Positions 52,662 to 63,468 are shown, numbered from the stretch's first letter. The stretch: 64,000 bases of DNA from Terriglobia bacterium (GCA_965223005.1 CBDCVK010000010.1:736001-800000); one strand, 5' to 3'. Numbers and translations: made by a program. Notes: generated from the sequence alone by a model not told the origin.

Positions 52662-54425
52662 ATGCCAAGTTCGAACGGCGAGTCGTCGTTGCAGTTGCGC
52701 GTATTGCTGGCGTTCGCGCTCTCTGCAGTGGTGTTGCTGTTGTTAGCCCCGCGGAACCCGCCGCCGACACGGCCGCCGACGCCACCTCCAGCGCAGCGCG
52801 CGACTCCTTCTGAATCGGCTGCTGAACCGGCGGCTCCCCCTTCTGAACCGGGGCCATCGCCGGCCTCCGAACCCGCCCCGGTTGGTCCCCCGAAGCAGGC
52901 CTCGGAGGAGAAGAAATTCGTCGTGGAGGACGATCTGTACCGAGTCGAACTCTCCAACCGCGGCGGCGTAGTCAAGAGTTGGAAGCTAAAGCACTACCAG
53001 GACGGCAGGGGTCGACCGCTGGAACTGGTGAACCAGCCGGCCGCCGACGCGTTGGGTTATCCCTTCATCGTCTGGACTGAGCAAGAGCAGGAAGAGCTGC
53101 GCCAGCAGCTGAATGACGGGCTGTTTGAGGTAAAGGCAAGTGGCCGCCGCCCGCCCGTCACGGTCACCTTCGAGTACAGCGACGGCGTCGTTTCCGCCCG
53201 TAAGGAGTTCCGCTTCCGCCGCAACAGCTACGTGGTGGAGGTGTCTTCTCAGGTCCATCAAAATGGAAACCCGGTGGAACACGAACTGGCCTGGCGCGGC
53301 AGCTTTGGCGACCATACCTTGACGGACGGCCATCTAAGTACCGGAGTGATCAGCGCGCTGCCCAGCGAGGTGCAGCGACGGCCCTACGCGGAAATCAAAG
53401 ATCCGGAAAGCAAGTCCAGCGGCGGCCCTTGGCTCTACGCCGGGATTGAAGACCGATTTTTCGCAGCGGTGTTCATGCCGTCGTCGGAAGGGAACGAGGG
53501 TGCCACGATCACTCGTCTGCGAACCTTCCGCTCCGAGTACCAGCCGGAAGGGGCAGAGGCCGCCACGGGGCAGCTCGGGGTCAGCGTCGGCGGCTCGGCC
53601 CAGAACGAGATGCGCGTGTTCGTGGGGCCCAAGGCCGTGGAGGTGCTGCAGGAAGTCTTTCCCGAACCGGGCGCCAAGCAGAGGCAAAGCCGCGGCGAGC
53701 CGGTCATGACCCTGGCGGAATTGGTGGATTACGGTTGGTTCACTTTCATTGCCAAGCCGATGTTGCTGGCCCTGAAGTGGATTTACAGCCACGTAGTTAC
53801 CAATTATGGCTGGGCCATCGTCCTGCTCACCATCGCGATCAATTTCGTGCTGTTTCCGCTCAAACTGAAAAGCATGAAGTCGGCGCTGAAGATGCAAAAG
53901 ATCGCTCCGCAGGTGAAAGCCATCCAGGAGAAATACAAGAAGCTGAAGTTCAACGATCCCAAGAAGCAGGAGATGAACAAGGAAGTCATGGATATGTACC
54001 GCAAGCATGGGGTCAACCCCATCGGTGGCTGCTTCCCGATGCTGCTCCAGATTCCCTTCTTCATCGGCTTCTATAACGTCCTGATCGTCTCCATCGAGAT
54101 GCGACATGCCCCTTGGTTTGGCTGGATTCAGGACCTTTCGGCCAAGGACCCCTATTACGTGCTGCCGATCGTGATGACGGCGACCATGTTCATCTTGCAG
54201 AAGATGACGCCGATGACGACCGCCGACCCGATGCAACGGAAGATGTTCACCCTGATGCCGCTGTTCTTCGGCGTGATGTTTCTCAGTTTCTCCAGCGGCC
54301 TGGTGCTCTACTGGCTGGTGGGCAATGTGGTCGGTATAGGACAGCAGTGGTACATCAACCGGACAGGGTTGAAGGCGGACGTCGGGCGCAAACCGGCGGC
54401 GACACGCACCGTGAAAGCCAGGTAG
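52662..54425 (+). CDS. yidC: membrane protein insertase YidC
   Basis: FVGPK, VDYGWF, NYGWAIVLLT, GVNPIGGCFPMLLQIP, WIQDLSAKDPYY, GLVLYW. Confidence 0.98.
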   Translation: MPSSNGESSLQLRVLLAFALSAVVLLLLAPRNPPPTRPPTPPPAQRATPSESAAEPAAPPSEPGPSPASEPAPVGPPKQASEEKKFVVEDDLYRVELSNRGGVVKSWKLKHYQDGRGRPLELVNQPAADALGYPFIVWTEQEQEELRQQLNDGLFEVKASGRRPPVTVTFEYSDGVVSARKEFRFRRNSYVVEVSSQVHQNGNPVEHELAWRGSFGDHTLTDGHLSTGVISALPSEVQRRPYAEIKDPESKSSGGPWLYAGIEDRFFAAVFMPSSEGNEGATITRLRTFRSEYQPEGAEAATGQLGVSVGGSAQNEMRVFVGPKAVEVLQEVFPEPGAKQRQSRGEPVMTLAELVDYGWFTFIAKPMLLALKWIYSHVVTNYGWAIVLLTIAINFVLFPLKLKSMKSALKMQKIAPQVKAIQEKYKKLKFNDPKKQEMNKEVMDMYRKHGVNPIGGCFPMLLQIPFFIGFYNVLIVSIEMRHAPWFGWIQDLSAKDPYYVLPIVMTATMFILQKMTPMTTADPMQRKMFTLMPLFFGVMFLSFSSGLVLYWLVGNVVGIGQQWYINRTGLKADVGRKPAATRTVKAR

Positions 54426-54433
54426 AAACAGCC

Positions 54434-54979
54434 ATGAGCGAGTTCCAGTTCCAGCCGGAGCAGATCGCGGATCGAGTCCAGCCGCTGCTGGCCGCCATTG
54501 TGCAACGAATGGGGCTCGAGTTGACCTTCCAGGTGCAGCGCACAACGGGCTGGTACAACCGTCCGTTTGAAAACCCGGACTTGATGGTGAGTTTCGAGGG
54601 CCAGGACACCGGTCTGCTCATGGAGAACAAGGGTGAGCTGCTGCAGGCGCTGGAGCACGTGGTCTTCGAGGCGATCGGCCTGCCTCCCGGGTACCGGGAG
54701 CGCATCGTGTTCGACTGCAATGAGTCCCGCATGATGCGCATGGATGAGCTGCAACTGGCTGCTCAGGCGGCCGCCGACCGCGTGCGCCGCACCGGAGTGG
54801 CTCACAAGTTCAACCCCATGAGCTCCCGCGAGCGCCGGGTCATCCACATGACGCTGCGCGGCGAGGCTGAGGTGCGTACGCAAAGCGAGGGCGTGGGACC
54901 CCACCGCCATGTGGTGATTCACTCCGCAGAGCCCTCGCCGGCACGGCAGCCGCTCAGGGGCCGGCGCCCCTCGCGCTGA
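54434..54979 (+). CDS. jag: Jag/KhpB-like RNA-binding protein (KH + R3H, no Jag_N domain)
   Basis: [33 protein letters not shown]; between yidC and mnmE. Confidence 0.88.
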   Translation: MSEFQFQPEQIADRVQPLLAAIVQRMGLELTFQVQRTTGWYNRPFENPDLMVSFEGQDTGLLMENKGELLQALEHVVFEAIGLPPGYRERIVFDCNESRMMRMDELQLAAQAAADRVRRTGVAHKFNPMSSRERRVIHMTLRGEAEVRTQSEGVGPHRHVVIHSAEPSPARQPLRGRRPSR

Positions 54980-55041
54980 CCGGTGCTATTCCGCCTAGCT
55001 CCTATCTGAAGCGACAGGCTTCCTGGCCTGTCTGGGTTGGC

Positions 55042-56463
55042 ATGCACACCGATGACACCATCGTGGCCATTTCTACTCCACCCGGACGTGGCGGCATCGG
55101 AGTGGTGCGCTTTTCCGGGCCGCAGGCGCTGCGGATCGTCTGCCAGTTGGTGCGCTTCAAAGGGGAAACGCAAGCGGAGCCGCAGCCGCGTCACGCCACC
55201 TTGGGTGAGCTGCTGGGGCCCGAGGGCGGGATGCCGGGCGAGGCAGTTGACCAGGTGGTGATTACCTATTTTCGCAAGCCCCATTCCTACACCGCCGAGG
55301 ATGTCGTTGAGGTGAGCTGCCACGGTGCCCCGGTCCTGCTGCGCTTCCTGCTGGAGCGCGCTACCGCACAGGGCGCCCGGCTGGCCGAGCCGGGCGAATT
55401 CACCATGCGCGCCTTCCTCAACGGCCGCCTGGACTTGGCCCAGGCCGAGGCAGTGCGCGATCTGATCGAGGCTCAGACCCTCTACCAGGCCCGCGTGGCT
55501 GCCCAGCAGATGGGCGGGGCGGTCGCCCGCCGCTTGGCCCCCGTCAAGAAGGAACTGGTGGACCTGATTTCGCTACTCGAGGCGGGGATTGATTTTGCTG
55601 AGGACGATGTCTCCGTTTTGCCTTCGCCAGAAATTCTGGAGCGCATCCGGCGCGTCCGAGCGGGCCTGGAAGCCTACGCGGAAACCTTCCGCTTCGGGCG
55701 TGTCGTGCAGGAGGGGCTGACGCTGGCCATTCTTGGCCGCCCGAACGTCGGCAAGTCCAGCCTGTTTAACCGCCTGGTTGAGCACGACCGGGCCATTGTC
55801 ACTGCCGTGCCCGGTACCACGCGCGATCTAGTGACCGAGGTGGTCAATCTGGAAGGTATCCCGGTGAAACTGGTGGATACAGCCGGCATCCGCCGCGCCC
55901 GCGACGAAGCAGAATCCATTGGTGTGAAAAAATCCTATGAGGCGCTGGCCGACTCGGATCTGGCGCTGGTGGTGCTCGACTCAAGCGCTGGCCTGGCGGC
56001 CGAAGACGACGAGCTGCTGGAGCGGAGCCGGGCCGCCGGCACCGCGCTGGTGGTTTGGAACAAGGTGGACCTGCGGCCGCCGCCGGTTGAGTTGGATCTG
56101 GGCAATCTGGAACTTATGCCAGGCGATGATGGAGCTTCCCGACCTGCAGGCCCCTGGCTGGTTTCGGCGCTCACTGGCCAGGGCGTCCCGGAACTGCGCC
56201 GCGCCATTGTCGAGGGTGCGCTGCCTGGTCTAGATGGCTCCCGCGAAACCGGCTTCCTCACCAATATCCGCCACGAGCGTCTGCTCCGCGACTCGCTGGA
56301 AGCTCTGGGCGCGGCACGCGGGGCGGTAGAGCAGAACGTGCCCCATGAAATGCTGCTGCTCGATCTTTACAACGCCCTTCGCCCTCTGGACGCCATCACC
56401 GGCCAAACCACCGTCGAAGACATCCTCGACCAAATCTTCTCCACTTTCTGTATCGGCAAATAA
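55042..56463 (+). CDS. mnmE: tRNA modification GTPase MnmE
   Basis: [46 protein letters not shown]. Confidence 0.98.
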   Translation: MHTDDTIVAISTPPGRGGIGVVRFSGPQALRIVCQLVRFKGETQAEPQPRHATLGELLGPEGGMPGEAVDQVVITYFRKPHSYTAEDVVEVSCHGAPVLLRFLLERATAQGARLAEPGEFTMRAFLNGRLDLAQAEAVRDLIEAQTLYQARVAAQQMGGAVARRLAPVKKELVDLISLLEAGIDFAEDDVSVLPSPEILERIRRVRAGLEAYAETFRFGRVVQEGLTLAILGRPNVGKSSLFNRLVEHDRAIVTAVPGTTRDLVTEVVNLEGIPVKLVDTAGIRRARDEAESIGVKKSYEALADSDLALVVLDSSAGLAAEDDELLERSRAAGTALVVWNKVDLRPPPVELDLGNLELMPGDDGASRPAGPWLVSALTGQGVPELRRAIVEGALPGLDGSRETGFLTNIRHERLLRDSLEALGAARGAVEQNVPHEMLLLDLYNALRPLDAITGQTTVEDILDQIFSTFCIGK

Positions 56464-56505
56464 GCCCATTCAAGAATGCGCGGCGGGCGAGTCGGAAATT
56501 GAGCG

Positions 56506-58125
56506 CTACTCCTTCTGGAAGAGGGAGCCGAGGCCTTTGAGGAGCTGCTCGGCGTCGGCGGGCTGCTGCTCGGCGGCTCGCTGCTTCACCAGGCCGCCCA
56601 CGTCGGGCCGGAAGATGGGCTTTTCCAGGGTGCCGGTGACGCGGAAGGGAATGGTGCCAGAGGCACCGGTGACCGCCTGAAGCAGTCCGCCCACAGCGGC
56701 TCCCTTGGCGCCCGTCAGCGTCGCCGTTCCCCGGAAGTCCAGCGGGCCGTCATCGGCGAAGCCGCCGTTGCCGGCGATCTGCAGGCCGGGAATCACCAGC
56801 AGCAGGTCGGTGAGCTTGGTGTAGCCCTTCTTGCTGGCAAACTTGGTCTTGAACTGTTCGATGACGGTGTCTTTGCCGCCGGTATCCACGCCGGCCAGGC
56901 GGATGACGCCTCCCATTTTCCCGGCGACGTTGTAGTTGGCCAGCCGCGCATTGGTGGCCTCCACATGGCCGCTTCGGGAGGGGCTTTGCAATGGTCCGCG
57001 CACCTGCATCTCGCCAGTGAGCGTGCCGCCGGTCAATGAACTGCCAGGCGGTAGCTTCACTCCCAATGCAGGCAGCAGCCGGGCAAGGTCCGCCAGGGGC
57101 GCGTTGGACAGACTGGTTTTCAGATTCGCCGTTGCCCGCCTTCCGAGCCGCACCTGGCCGGTGGTGTGAGCCACCGCCTTGCCAGTGCCCATTTGGAATT
57201 TCTGCACGCGCAACCGGTTTCGCTTGCTGTCGTACTGCAACTGGAAGCGCCCGGAGACAGGCGCCTGCGCCACGCCAGCCTTGGGACTGAGCCGCAGGCG
57301 CGCGATGCGGTACTTGCCTTCGACCTGTGCCGCCTTGCCGTCACTGGAGAAGCTGGCCTGGCCACCGAACAAGCCGGACAGGCCAGGCTGGCCGGTGAAC
57401 GGGGCCAACCCCGCCAGCTCCACATTCTCGAACTCCACCACGCCCTTCGCCGGCGATGCGGCCAGATTGTTGCGGTCCACAGGTCCGCCGCGCCCCTCCG
57501 TCTCGATGGCGGCTTTCTTGTGGCCGGGCGGGCGCACGGAAACTTTCCAGTCAAAAGGCCGCTCGGGCGAGAAGTTCGTCAGCGTGACAAAAATGCGGTC
57601 GAAGGTGACTTTGGGTTGGCGCTTTTGTAGGTCGGTTACGGTGAGCGTGCCGTTGCGAATCCGGAGTTCATCAATCTCGAGCGGCGGCGATGAGGCGGCG
57701 TCTGAGGGCTTCTTCTTTCCCTTGCGCTGACCCTCGGTCTGGCCCAGGGTGGCGAAGTTCCATTCACCTCGCCTGTTTTTCACCAAGTGCACTGTCGGTT
57801 CGTCCAACTCGACGGACGGCACTTCCAGGCGGCCGCGCAGCAGAGGGAACAGGCGCACGCGCGCCCGCATGCCCTCGGCGGTGGAAAAGGCTGTGCCGGG
57901 GAAGCCGAGCCGTTCGGCAATCTCGGGGTCGTAGAGATGCAACGCGGGCGGCAGCAGGCCCAGCCGCACTTTCCCCAGCGTCACCTTGCGGCCGAGCGCA
58001 GTTTCCAGGCGGGAGGAGATGATGCCGCGCTGGGTCTCGGCGTCAAAAAGGAAATAGGGCAGAACCAACCCCGCCAGCACCACCAGCCCAACCACAATAC
58101 CCGCAACCAACCCCAGCTTCCGCAC
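56506..58125 (-). CDS. AsmA-family protein
   Basis: N-terminal TM, LETALGRKV, VRLFPLLRG..GEWNF, IPFRVTGTLEKP; GTG at 58125 with GGAGG. Confidence 0.85.
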   Translation of the reverse strand: MRKLGLVAGIVVGLVVLAGLVLPYFLFDAETQRGIISSRLETALGRKVTLGKVRLGLLPPALHLYDPEIAERLGFPGTAFSTAEGMRARVRLFPLLRGRLEVPSVELDEPTVHLVKNRRGEWNFATLGQTEGQRKGKKKPSDAASSPPLEIDELRIRNGTLTVTDLQKRQPKVTFDRIFVTLTNFSPERPFDWKVSVRPPGHKKAAIETEGRGGPVDRNNLAASPAKGVVEFENVELAGLAPFTGQPGLSGLFGGQASFSSDGKAAQVEGKYRIARLRLSPKAGVAQAPVSGRFQLQYDSKRNRLRVQKFQMGTGKAVAHTTGQVRLGRRATANLKTSLSNAPLADLARLLPALGVKLPPGSSLTGGTLTGEMQVRGPLQSPSRSGHVEATNARLANYNVAGKMGGVIRLAGVDTGGKDTVIEQFKTKFASKKGYTKLTDLLLVIPGLQIAGNGGFADDGPLDFRGTATLTGAKGAAVGGLLQAVTGASGTIPFRVTGTLEKPIFRPDVGGLVKQRAAEQQPADAEQLLKGLGSLFQKE

Positions 58126-58282
58126 CGCTTCCTCCCAACTGGACTTGCGAGATGCCATTGTAGACCCGTTCGCCCCCGCGATCACAATCCATTGCCGCAA
58201 TGCCCGGGCTGGCAGGATTCGGCCTAGGGACTCGACCCTTTCACTCAGCCCATCTCACTCAACCCCTCTTACTCAACTCCTT

Positions 58283-60877
58283 TTACTCAATCAGGACCGC
58301 CTCGACGGGATCAATCCGGGCTGCCTGGCGCGCCGGGTGGAGCGCGCTCAGACAGGTGACCAGAAAAACCGCCAGCGTCGCCGCGCTCAACAAGCCAGCG
58401 GGCAGGGAGAACTGAATCGTCCAGCCGAACGACTGGCGGTTGATCACGTAGATGAGCACCAACGAAAGTACCAGGCCCAGCACCAGGCCGGCGGCCGATG
58501 CCAGCAGGCCCAGCAACCCGGATTCGAACAATACCAGGTCGCGCAGCTGGCCGCGGCTGGCGCCCAGGTAGCGCAGGATGCCGAGCTCGCGGCGTCTCTC
58601 CAGCACCAGGGCGAGCAGCGCGTTGGCGATGCCCAGGACCGCGATGCAAATGGCGATCGCCTCCAGCACCCAGGTGATGGCAAAGGTGCGATCAAAAATG
58701 CGCAACACTCTGGCTTTCAGCTCGCGGTTGGAGGTGAGGAGCAGGGCGCGCCCCGCCGTGCGCCGCGCAATTTCAGCCCGCACCTGAGCGCCATCGGCAC
58801 TCGGCGCCAGGTACACGGCCAGGCTGGTGGCTCCGGGGCCCCCGCCCCAGCGCAGCCAGTCGCGCCGGTTCATCGCCGCATAACCCTGGTCACTCGAGTA
58901 GTCGTAGTAAACGCCCTGCACCCGGAATGGTTGGTCTCCTGCGGGAGTGGGCAGCACGATCGTGTCACCCCTCCGCACGCCGTGCCGCAGCGAGAACGGT
59001 TCGCTGACGATGACGGCATCGGGTTCGGGGCGGAGCACTTCCGCCGCCGGCCGCCCGTCGAGGAACATCAGATTGCCGTAGTGGCCGAGCACTTCCCAGT
59101 CGCCGGATGCAAGAAACGCAGGCGCACCGCGGAACGTGATCTCCACCGAGCGAAACGGATCCACGGCGGCCACGCCCGGCGTCTGGCGGATGGCCTGGAC
59201 GGTTTCCGGCGCAATAGTGGCCGAGCGCAGCCGCCCGCTGCGGCTGCCCGGCGCGCGAATGAAGAGGTCGGCGCGCAGTGTCTGCTCGGTCCAAAGCTCG
59301 ACGGTGCGGCGAAAGCTGGTGACCATGATGGCCACGCTGGCCATCATGGCGATCGCAGTTGTCAGTGCCATGGCCAGCACGGAGGCGCGCCCCAGCGCAG
59401 CGCCCAGGCTGCGAGCGGCCAGCGTCCCGGTTATCGTTCCCGCTCGACCCAACAGCGTCGAGCAAATGCCGGAGTACCCGGCCATCAGCGCAGGCATCAG
59501 CAACGCGAACGCCGCTACCAGCAGCACCGCCGCGACGTAGCCAAACACCGGCCCGGCTTCGACCGCCGGCAGGCGAGCCGCGCCGTAGGCAGCCGCCAAC
59601 ACCAGCAGGCCGGCAGCGGCGCTGCGTCGCAGGCGCAGGCGCCGAGCGCGCTCGTGGGCTCCGCGGCGGAGCGCGTCGGCGGCTTCCACACGGGCAGCCT
59701 CCAGTGCGGGCCCGAGTGCCGACAGCAAAGCAAGGGTGACACCTACCGTCAGTGCGAACCCCGCCAGATGCCAGCCGAGAGCAACCGGGGCAGCAACGAC
59801 GCTCACCCACAGGGCATTTACTGTGGCGGCGACCAACTTCAGGGCCTGGCCGGCCATCAGCCACCCCAACAGAATTCCAACGACCGAGCCCGCCAAGCCG
59901 AGCAGCACGGCTTCGGCCAGAAACAGGCCCACAACGGCGGAGCGCGTGGCCCCCACTGCCCGCAACGCCCCCACTTCCGGCCGACGGCGCACTACCGAGA
60001 TCGCAATTGTGTTGTAGATAAGAAACGCCCCCACGATCAGCGAAACCAGGCTCAAGGCCGAAAGGTTCAAGCGAAAGGCGCGCAGCATCTTCTCCACCTG
60101 CTCCCCGCGCGCCTGCGGTCGTTCCAGGGAGACACCGGGTGGCAGTAACGTCGCCAGCCGAGCGCGCGTTTTCGCTAACCGTTCAGGAGGCACCACCAGG
60201 TCAATGCGATCCAGCTTGCCCTGGCGGCCGAACAGCAGCTGGCCGGCGGCGATGTCCATCACGGCGATATTGCCAGCCAGCGCCCGGCCCGGCCCCGAAT
60301 CGGCAAGGACGCCGCGCACGGTGAACTTCTGCGGTCGGTCGTTGGCCACCAGGGTCAGCTCACTGCCTGACCGGAGGTGGTGGCGAGTGGCGAACCCGCG
60401 GCCCAGCAACAGCGAATTCGGGTCGGTCAACAGCAACAGCAGGTCGCGGGTGGTGGCCCGCTCTTCAGCGGCCCCTTCGGTGGCCCCTTCGGTGACAAGA
60501 ATGTCGCGGACCGCCCGATCGGTGGCCAGGTCCACGGCCAGTATCTCCAGGGCCACGCCCGAGCGTGGCTCAACCGCGATGCCTTCCACCACCGGCGCGA
60601 TCTCGACTTCCGCCTGCTGTCCCGCAAACGCGTTGTAAACAACGGGCAGCAGTTGCTCGTTGAAGGGAACCAGAGCTGTGATGCTGAGGTTGGCCCGGCC
60701 GCTAATCTCGATGACCGACTCCTGAAAGGAGGCGACAGCGCCGCGGTTGGCCAACTGAATGGCCACCACCGCGCCGATACCCAGCGCCACCGCGACCACG
60801 CTCAGCAGGGTGCGCAGGATGTCGTTCCACAGCGGGCGGAGGATGAAGCTGCGGAAGAGTCTCAGTCTGAAGTCCAA
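58283..60877 (-). CDS. ABC transporter permease (duplicated MacB/FtsX, AttF/G-like)
   Basis: Two FtsX-type halves: RRRPEVGALRAVGA and RRRELGILRYLGA; INRQSFGWT. Confidence 0.93.
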   Translation of the reverse strand: MDFRLRLFRSFILRPLWNDILRTLLSVVAVALGIGAVVAIQLANRGAVASFQESVIEISGRANLSITALVPFNEQLLPVVYNAFAGQQAEVEIAPVVEGIAVEPRSGVALEILAVDLATDRAVRDILVTEGATEGAAEERATTRDLLLLLTDPNSLLLGRGFATRHHLRSGSELTLVANDRPQKFTVRGVLADSGPGRALAGNIAVMDIAAGQLLFGRQGKLDRIDLVVPPERLAKTRARLATLLPPGVSLERPQARGEQVEKMLRAFRLNLSALSLVSLIVGAFLIYNTIAISVVRRRPEVGALRAVGATRSAVVGLFLAEAVLLGLAGSVVGILLGWLMAGQALKLVAATVNALWVSVVAAPVALGWHLAGFALTVGVTLALLSALGPALEAARVEAADALRRGAHERARRLRLRRSAAAGLLVLAAAYGAARLPAVEAGPVFGYVAAVLLVAAFALLMPALMAGYSGICSTLLGRAGTITGTLAARSLGAALGRASVLAMALTTAIAMMASVAIMVTSFRRTVELWTEQTLRADLFIRAPGSRSGRLRSATIAPETVQAIRQTPGVAAVDPFRSVEITFRGAPAFLASGDWEVLGHYGNLMFLDGRPAAEVLRPEPDAVIVSEPFSLRHGVRRGDTIVLPTPAGDQPFRVQGVYYDYSSDQGYAAMNRRDWLRWGGGPGATSLAVYLAPSADGAQVRAEIARRTAGRALLLTSNRELKARVLRIFDRTFAITWVLEAIAICIAVLGIANALLALVLERRRELGILRYLGASRGQLRDLVLFESGLLGLLASAAGLVLGLVLSLVLIYVINRQSFGWTIQFSLPAGLLSAATLAVFLVTCLSALHPARQAARIDPVEAVLIE

Positions 60878-60952
60878 AGTCCAAGGTCCAAAGTCGTAGC
60901 CGGACAGTGCGTGCGTTCCGACTCTGGACTTTGGACCTTAGGCATTGGACTT
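60864..60952. repeat. heptamer tandem repeats in inverted orientation (long hairpin)
   Basis: aagtcca aagtcca aggtcca aagtcg ... cgactc tggactt tggacct taggcat tggactt. Confidence 0.8.
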
Positions 60953-61621
60953 CTCACTCTCGATGCGTCCGTCGCGCATCAACAGCAAGCGATCGGCGAA
61001 GGCCGCGGCCTCGCGGCTGTGAGTGGCCAGGATCACGGTGACTCCCAACTCGCGGCAGGCGCGAGCCATTAGCTCCAGGACCGTCAGGGCGGTGGCGCTG
61101 TCCAGGTTGCCGGTGGGTTCGTCGGCAAGCAGCACGGCGGGCCCGTGCGCCAGAGCCCGGGCAATGGCCACCCGCTGCATCTCGCCTCCCGAGAGCTGGT
61201 GCGGATAGTCGCGCCACCGGTCCCACAACTCCACCTGTTCCAGCACCCGGCGGACGCGCCCGGCGCCATCGCGTCGCCCGTCCAGCAGCAGGGGCAACTC
61301 GACGTTCTCCTGAACGCTCAGCGTCGGCAGCAGGTTGAAGAACTGGAAGACGAAGCCTACCTGGCGGCGGCGCAAGCGGGTGAGCGCATCGTCGGACAGC
61401 GCGCGTGTGGGCTGTCCCAGGAGATGCACTTCGCCGCCGGTGGGCCGGTCCATCGCCCCGGCCAGGTTTAACAGCGTGCTCTTACCGCAGCCGCTGCGCC
61501 CCACCAGGGCGGTGAAGCTGCCGGCGGGGAACGAGGCGGTAACGTCCGACACCGCGACAACTTCGCGGCCGTTGGCGGTATACACCCGCCTCACTCCCAG
61601 CAGTTCCACCGCGTCGGCCAC
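60938..61621 (-). CDS. ABC transporter ATP-binding protein (LolD/MacB-like)
   Basis: [38 protein letters not shown]. Confidence 0.96.
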   Translation of the reverse strand: MADAVELLGVRRVYTANGREVVAVSDVTASFPAGSFTALVGRSGCGKSTLLNLAGAMDRPTGGEVHLLGQPTRALSDDALTRLRRRQVGFVFQFFNLLPTLSVQENVELPLLLDGRRDGAGRVRRVLEQVELWDRWRDYPHQLSGGEMQRVAIARALAHGPAVLLADEPTGNLDSATALTVLELMARACRELGVTVILATHSREAAAFADRLLLMRDGRIESEKSNA

Positions 61622-61795
61622 AGTGCCATTCTAGTGCATTTGCCGTGAGCCCTGTCGGGAGCCTTTGCCGCAGGTGCCGATTCGAGCGTGAATCTAATCG
61701 CCTACTATTTGCATCGTACTCATTGCCTGAAAAAAACGGTGAAATTGGAAGTGGCGGGGTGGCCCGCTTCTTCACAAGACCTCAAGGAGGTCACT

Positions 61796-62287
61796 ATGAA
61801 AAAGCAAGCTCTGACGGTTCTGGCGATGGCGGCTCTCTTGGCCATGGGGTCAGTGGCCTCTCTCCGCGCAGATAGCGGCGGGGAGGTCTGGGCGGACATC
61901 CCGTTTGATTTCATAGTCGGGAATACAGCGTATTCGGCCGGCAGCTACGCTATTCAGTACACCAACCCGCAGGGTGTGTTCGTAATTCATATTGGAGAAG
62001 ATGAAAGCCGAAGCTTGCTGCTCTGGTCCAACACCGTGCCAGCCAAATCGAGAGAGGATTATTCTCCGAGGTTCATCTTCAACCGGTATGCGGATCAGTA
62101 TTTCCTCACCCAGGTCTGGGCCGGAGGAGACATCGATGGGCGCGAACTCCCGGAGCTTCAGCGGCAGCGTGAGCTGGCCAAGGAGTATTTGGCCGAGAAC
62201 GTGTCGGTGCCTCAGGTAGTCTTGGACGCTGCTCTGCGATCAGTACCCGTGGGATCAGCGAACAACCCTGCCGGAGCAGACGACTGA
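61796..62287 (+). CDS. exported hypothetical protein
   Basis: AAGGAGG SD, signal peptide, ADIPFDFIVG..AGSY..FIFNRYADQYFLTQVW. Confidence 0.8.
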   Translation: MKKQALTVLAMAALLAMGSVASLRADSGGEVWADIPFDFIVGNTAYSAGSYAIQYTNPQGVFVIHIGEDESRSLLLWSNTVPAKSREDYSPRFIFNRYADQYFLTQVWAGGDIDGRELPELQRQRELAKEYLAENVSVPQVVLDAALRSVPVGSANNPAGADD

Positions 62288-62475
62288 TCCTATGAGTCCC
62301 GGCGAGGGCGCATCCAAAGGCAGCGTTCCGGCATCTTACGAAGAGGTGTCCGCGGAGGGCGCAGATTGCACAGATTTTTTCGTCGCCCCTTCAACCTGTG
62401 CTATCCGCAGATACCTCCCCTTTGAGAGACTGGCTAGGCCCCACACAAGGATGGCCGCAGGAGGTGATCGCACCA

Positions 62476-63468
62476 ATGGATCCAAACGCTACCCTGAGAC
62501 ATAGAAGCCTTCGCCTGGGAGCAGGCGTCTGGCTCGCCGCGCTGCTGCTGGCCGGGCTTGTGCCTGGCGCCCCGGCGTCGCAACGAAAGCTGTCCATCAA
62601 AGTTGAAAAGAAGCCCAAACAAATCTCGCCCGGTTACGGCTCAAAACCCTTTGACGTCACACGCCATCTGATTCCCCTCCGGGATATTCAGGGCGGGGGG
62701 CCCCCGAGGGACGGCATTCCTGCGCTGGACTCTCCGAAGTTTGTCACGGTGGCACAGGCGGACCGGGTGCTGAGGGATTCCGACCTGGTGCTGGGGGTCG
62801 AATTCCAGGGCGTGGCCAAGGCCTACCCGATTCGCATCCTCAACTGGCATGAAATCGTGAACGACCAGGTGGGCCGGCAGCCGGCGCTGGTCACCTGGTG
62901 ACCGCTGGCCGGCGCGGGCGTCGTGTACGATCCGCTGATCCAGGGCCGACGGCACACCTTCGGCGTCTCCGGCCTGCTCTACAAGCGCAATGTGCTGATG
63001 TACGACAGGCAGACGGAAAGCCTGTGGTCGCAGCTGCTGGCTCGGGCGGCCACCGGTACTCTCACCGGAACCCTCCTCCGCCTGTTGCCTTCGGTACAGA
63101 CCACTTGGGGGAGCTGGAAGAAACAGCATCCCCGAACCCTGGTGCTGTCGTTCGACACCGGTCACCGGCGGGACTATTCCTGGGATCCGTTTGCAGAAGC
63201 TTCTTTGGACCGGAGGCCAGCTCTGGTCATCACCCTGAACGGGAAAACGAAAATCTATCCCTTTTCGCAGCTCAAGAAGCAGGTGAAGAAGACCGGCTCC
63301 CCGGTAACCGACCAGTTCGCCGGGAGGACCATCACTGTCGAATTCGATGCCAAAGACAAGACAGCCCGCGCCCGGGACGCGAGCGGCTCCCTAGTGCCGT
63401 CCTACGTGGCATTTCTGGCCAACGCGCGAGCCTTCTATCCGGACGCGCCCCGCTTCAAATCGAAGTGA
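62476..63468 (+). CDS. DUF3179-family protein with in-frame UGA (probable selenoprotein)
   Basis: ORFs 62398-62901 and 62923-63468 are in the same frame; GGPPRDGIPALD, KAYPIRILNWHEIVND, VTW*PL, FGVSGLLY..MYDRQTESLWSQ, TTWGSWK..HP. Confidence 0.88.
62902..62943 (+). promoter_or_regulatory. candidate bacterial SECIS hairpin
   Basis: GCGGG-cg-UCG-[UGUA]-CGA-UCCGC (62914-62935), possible lower CUGG/CCAG pairing; folded by eye. Confidence 0.55.
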
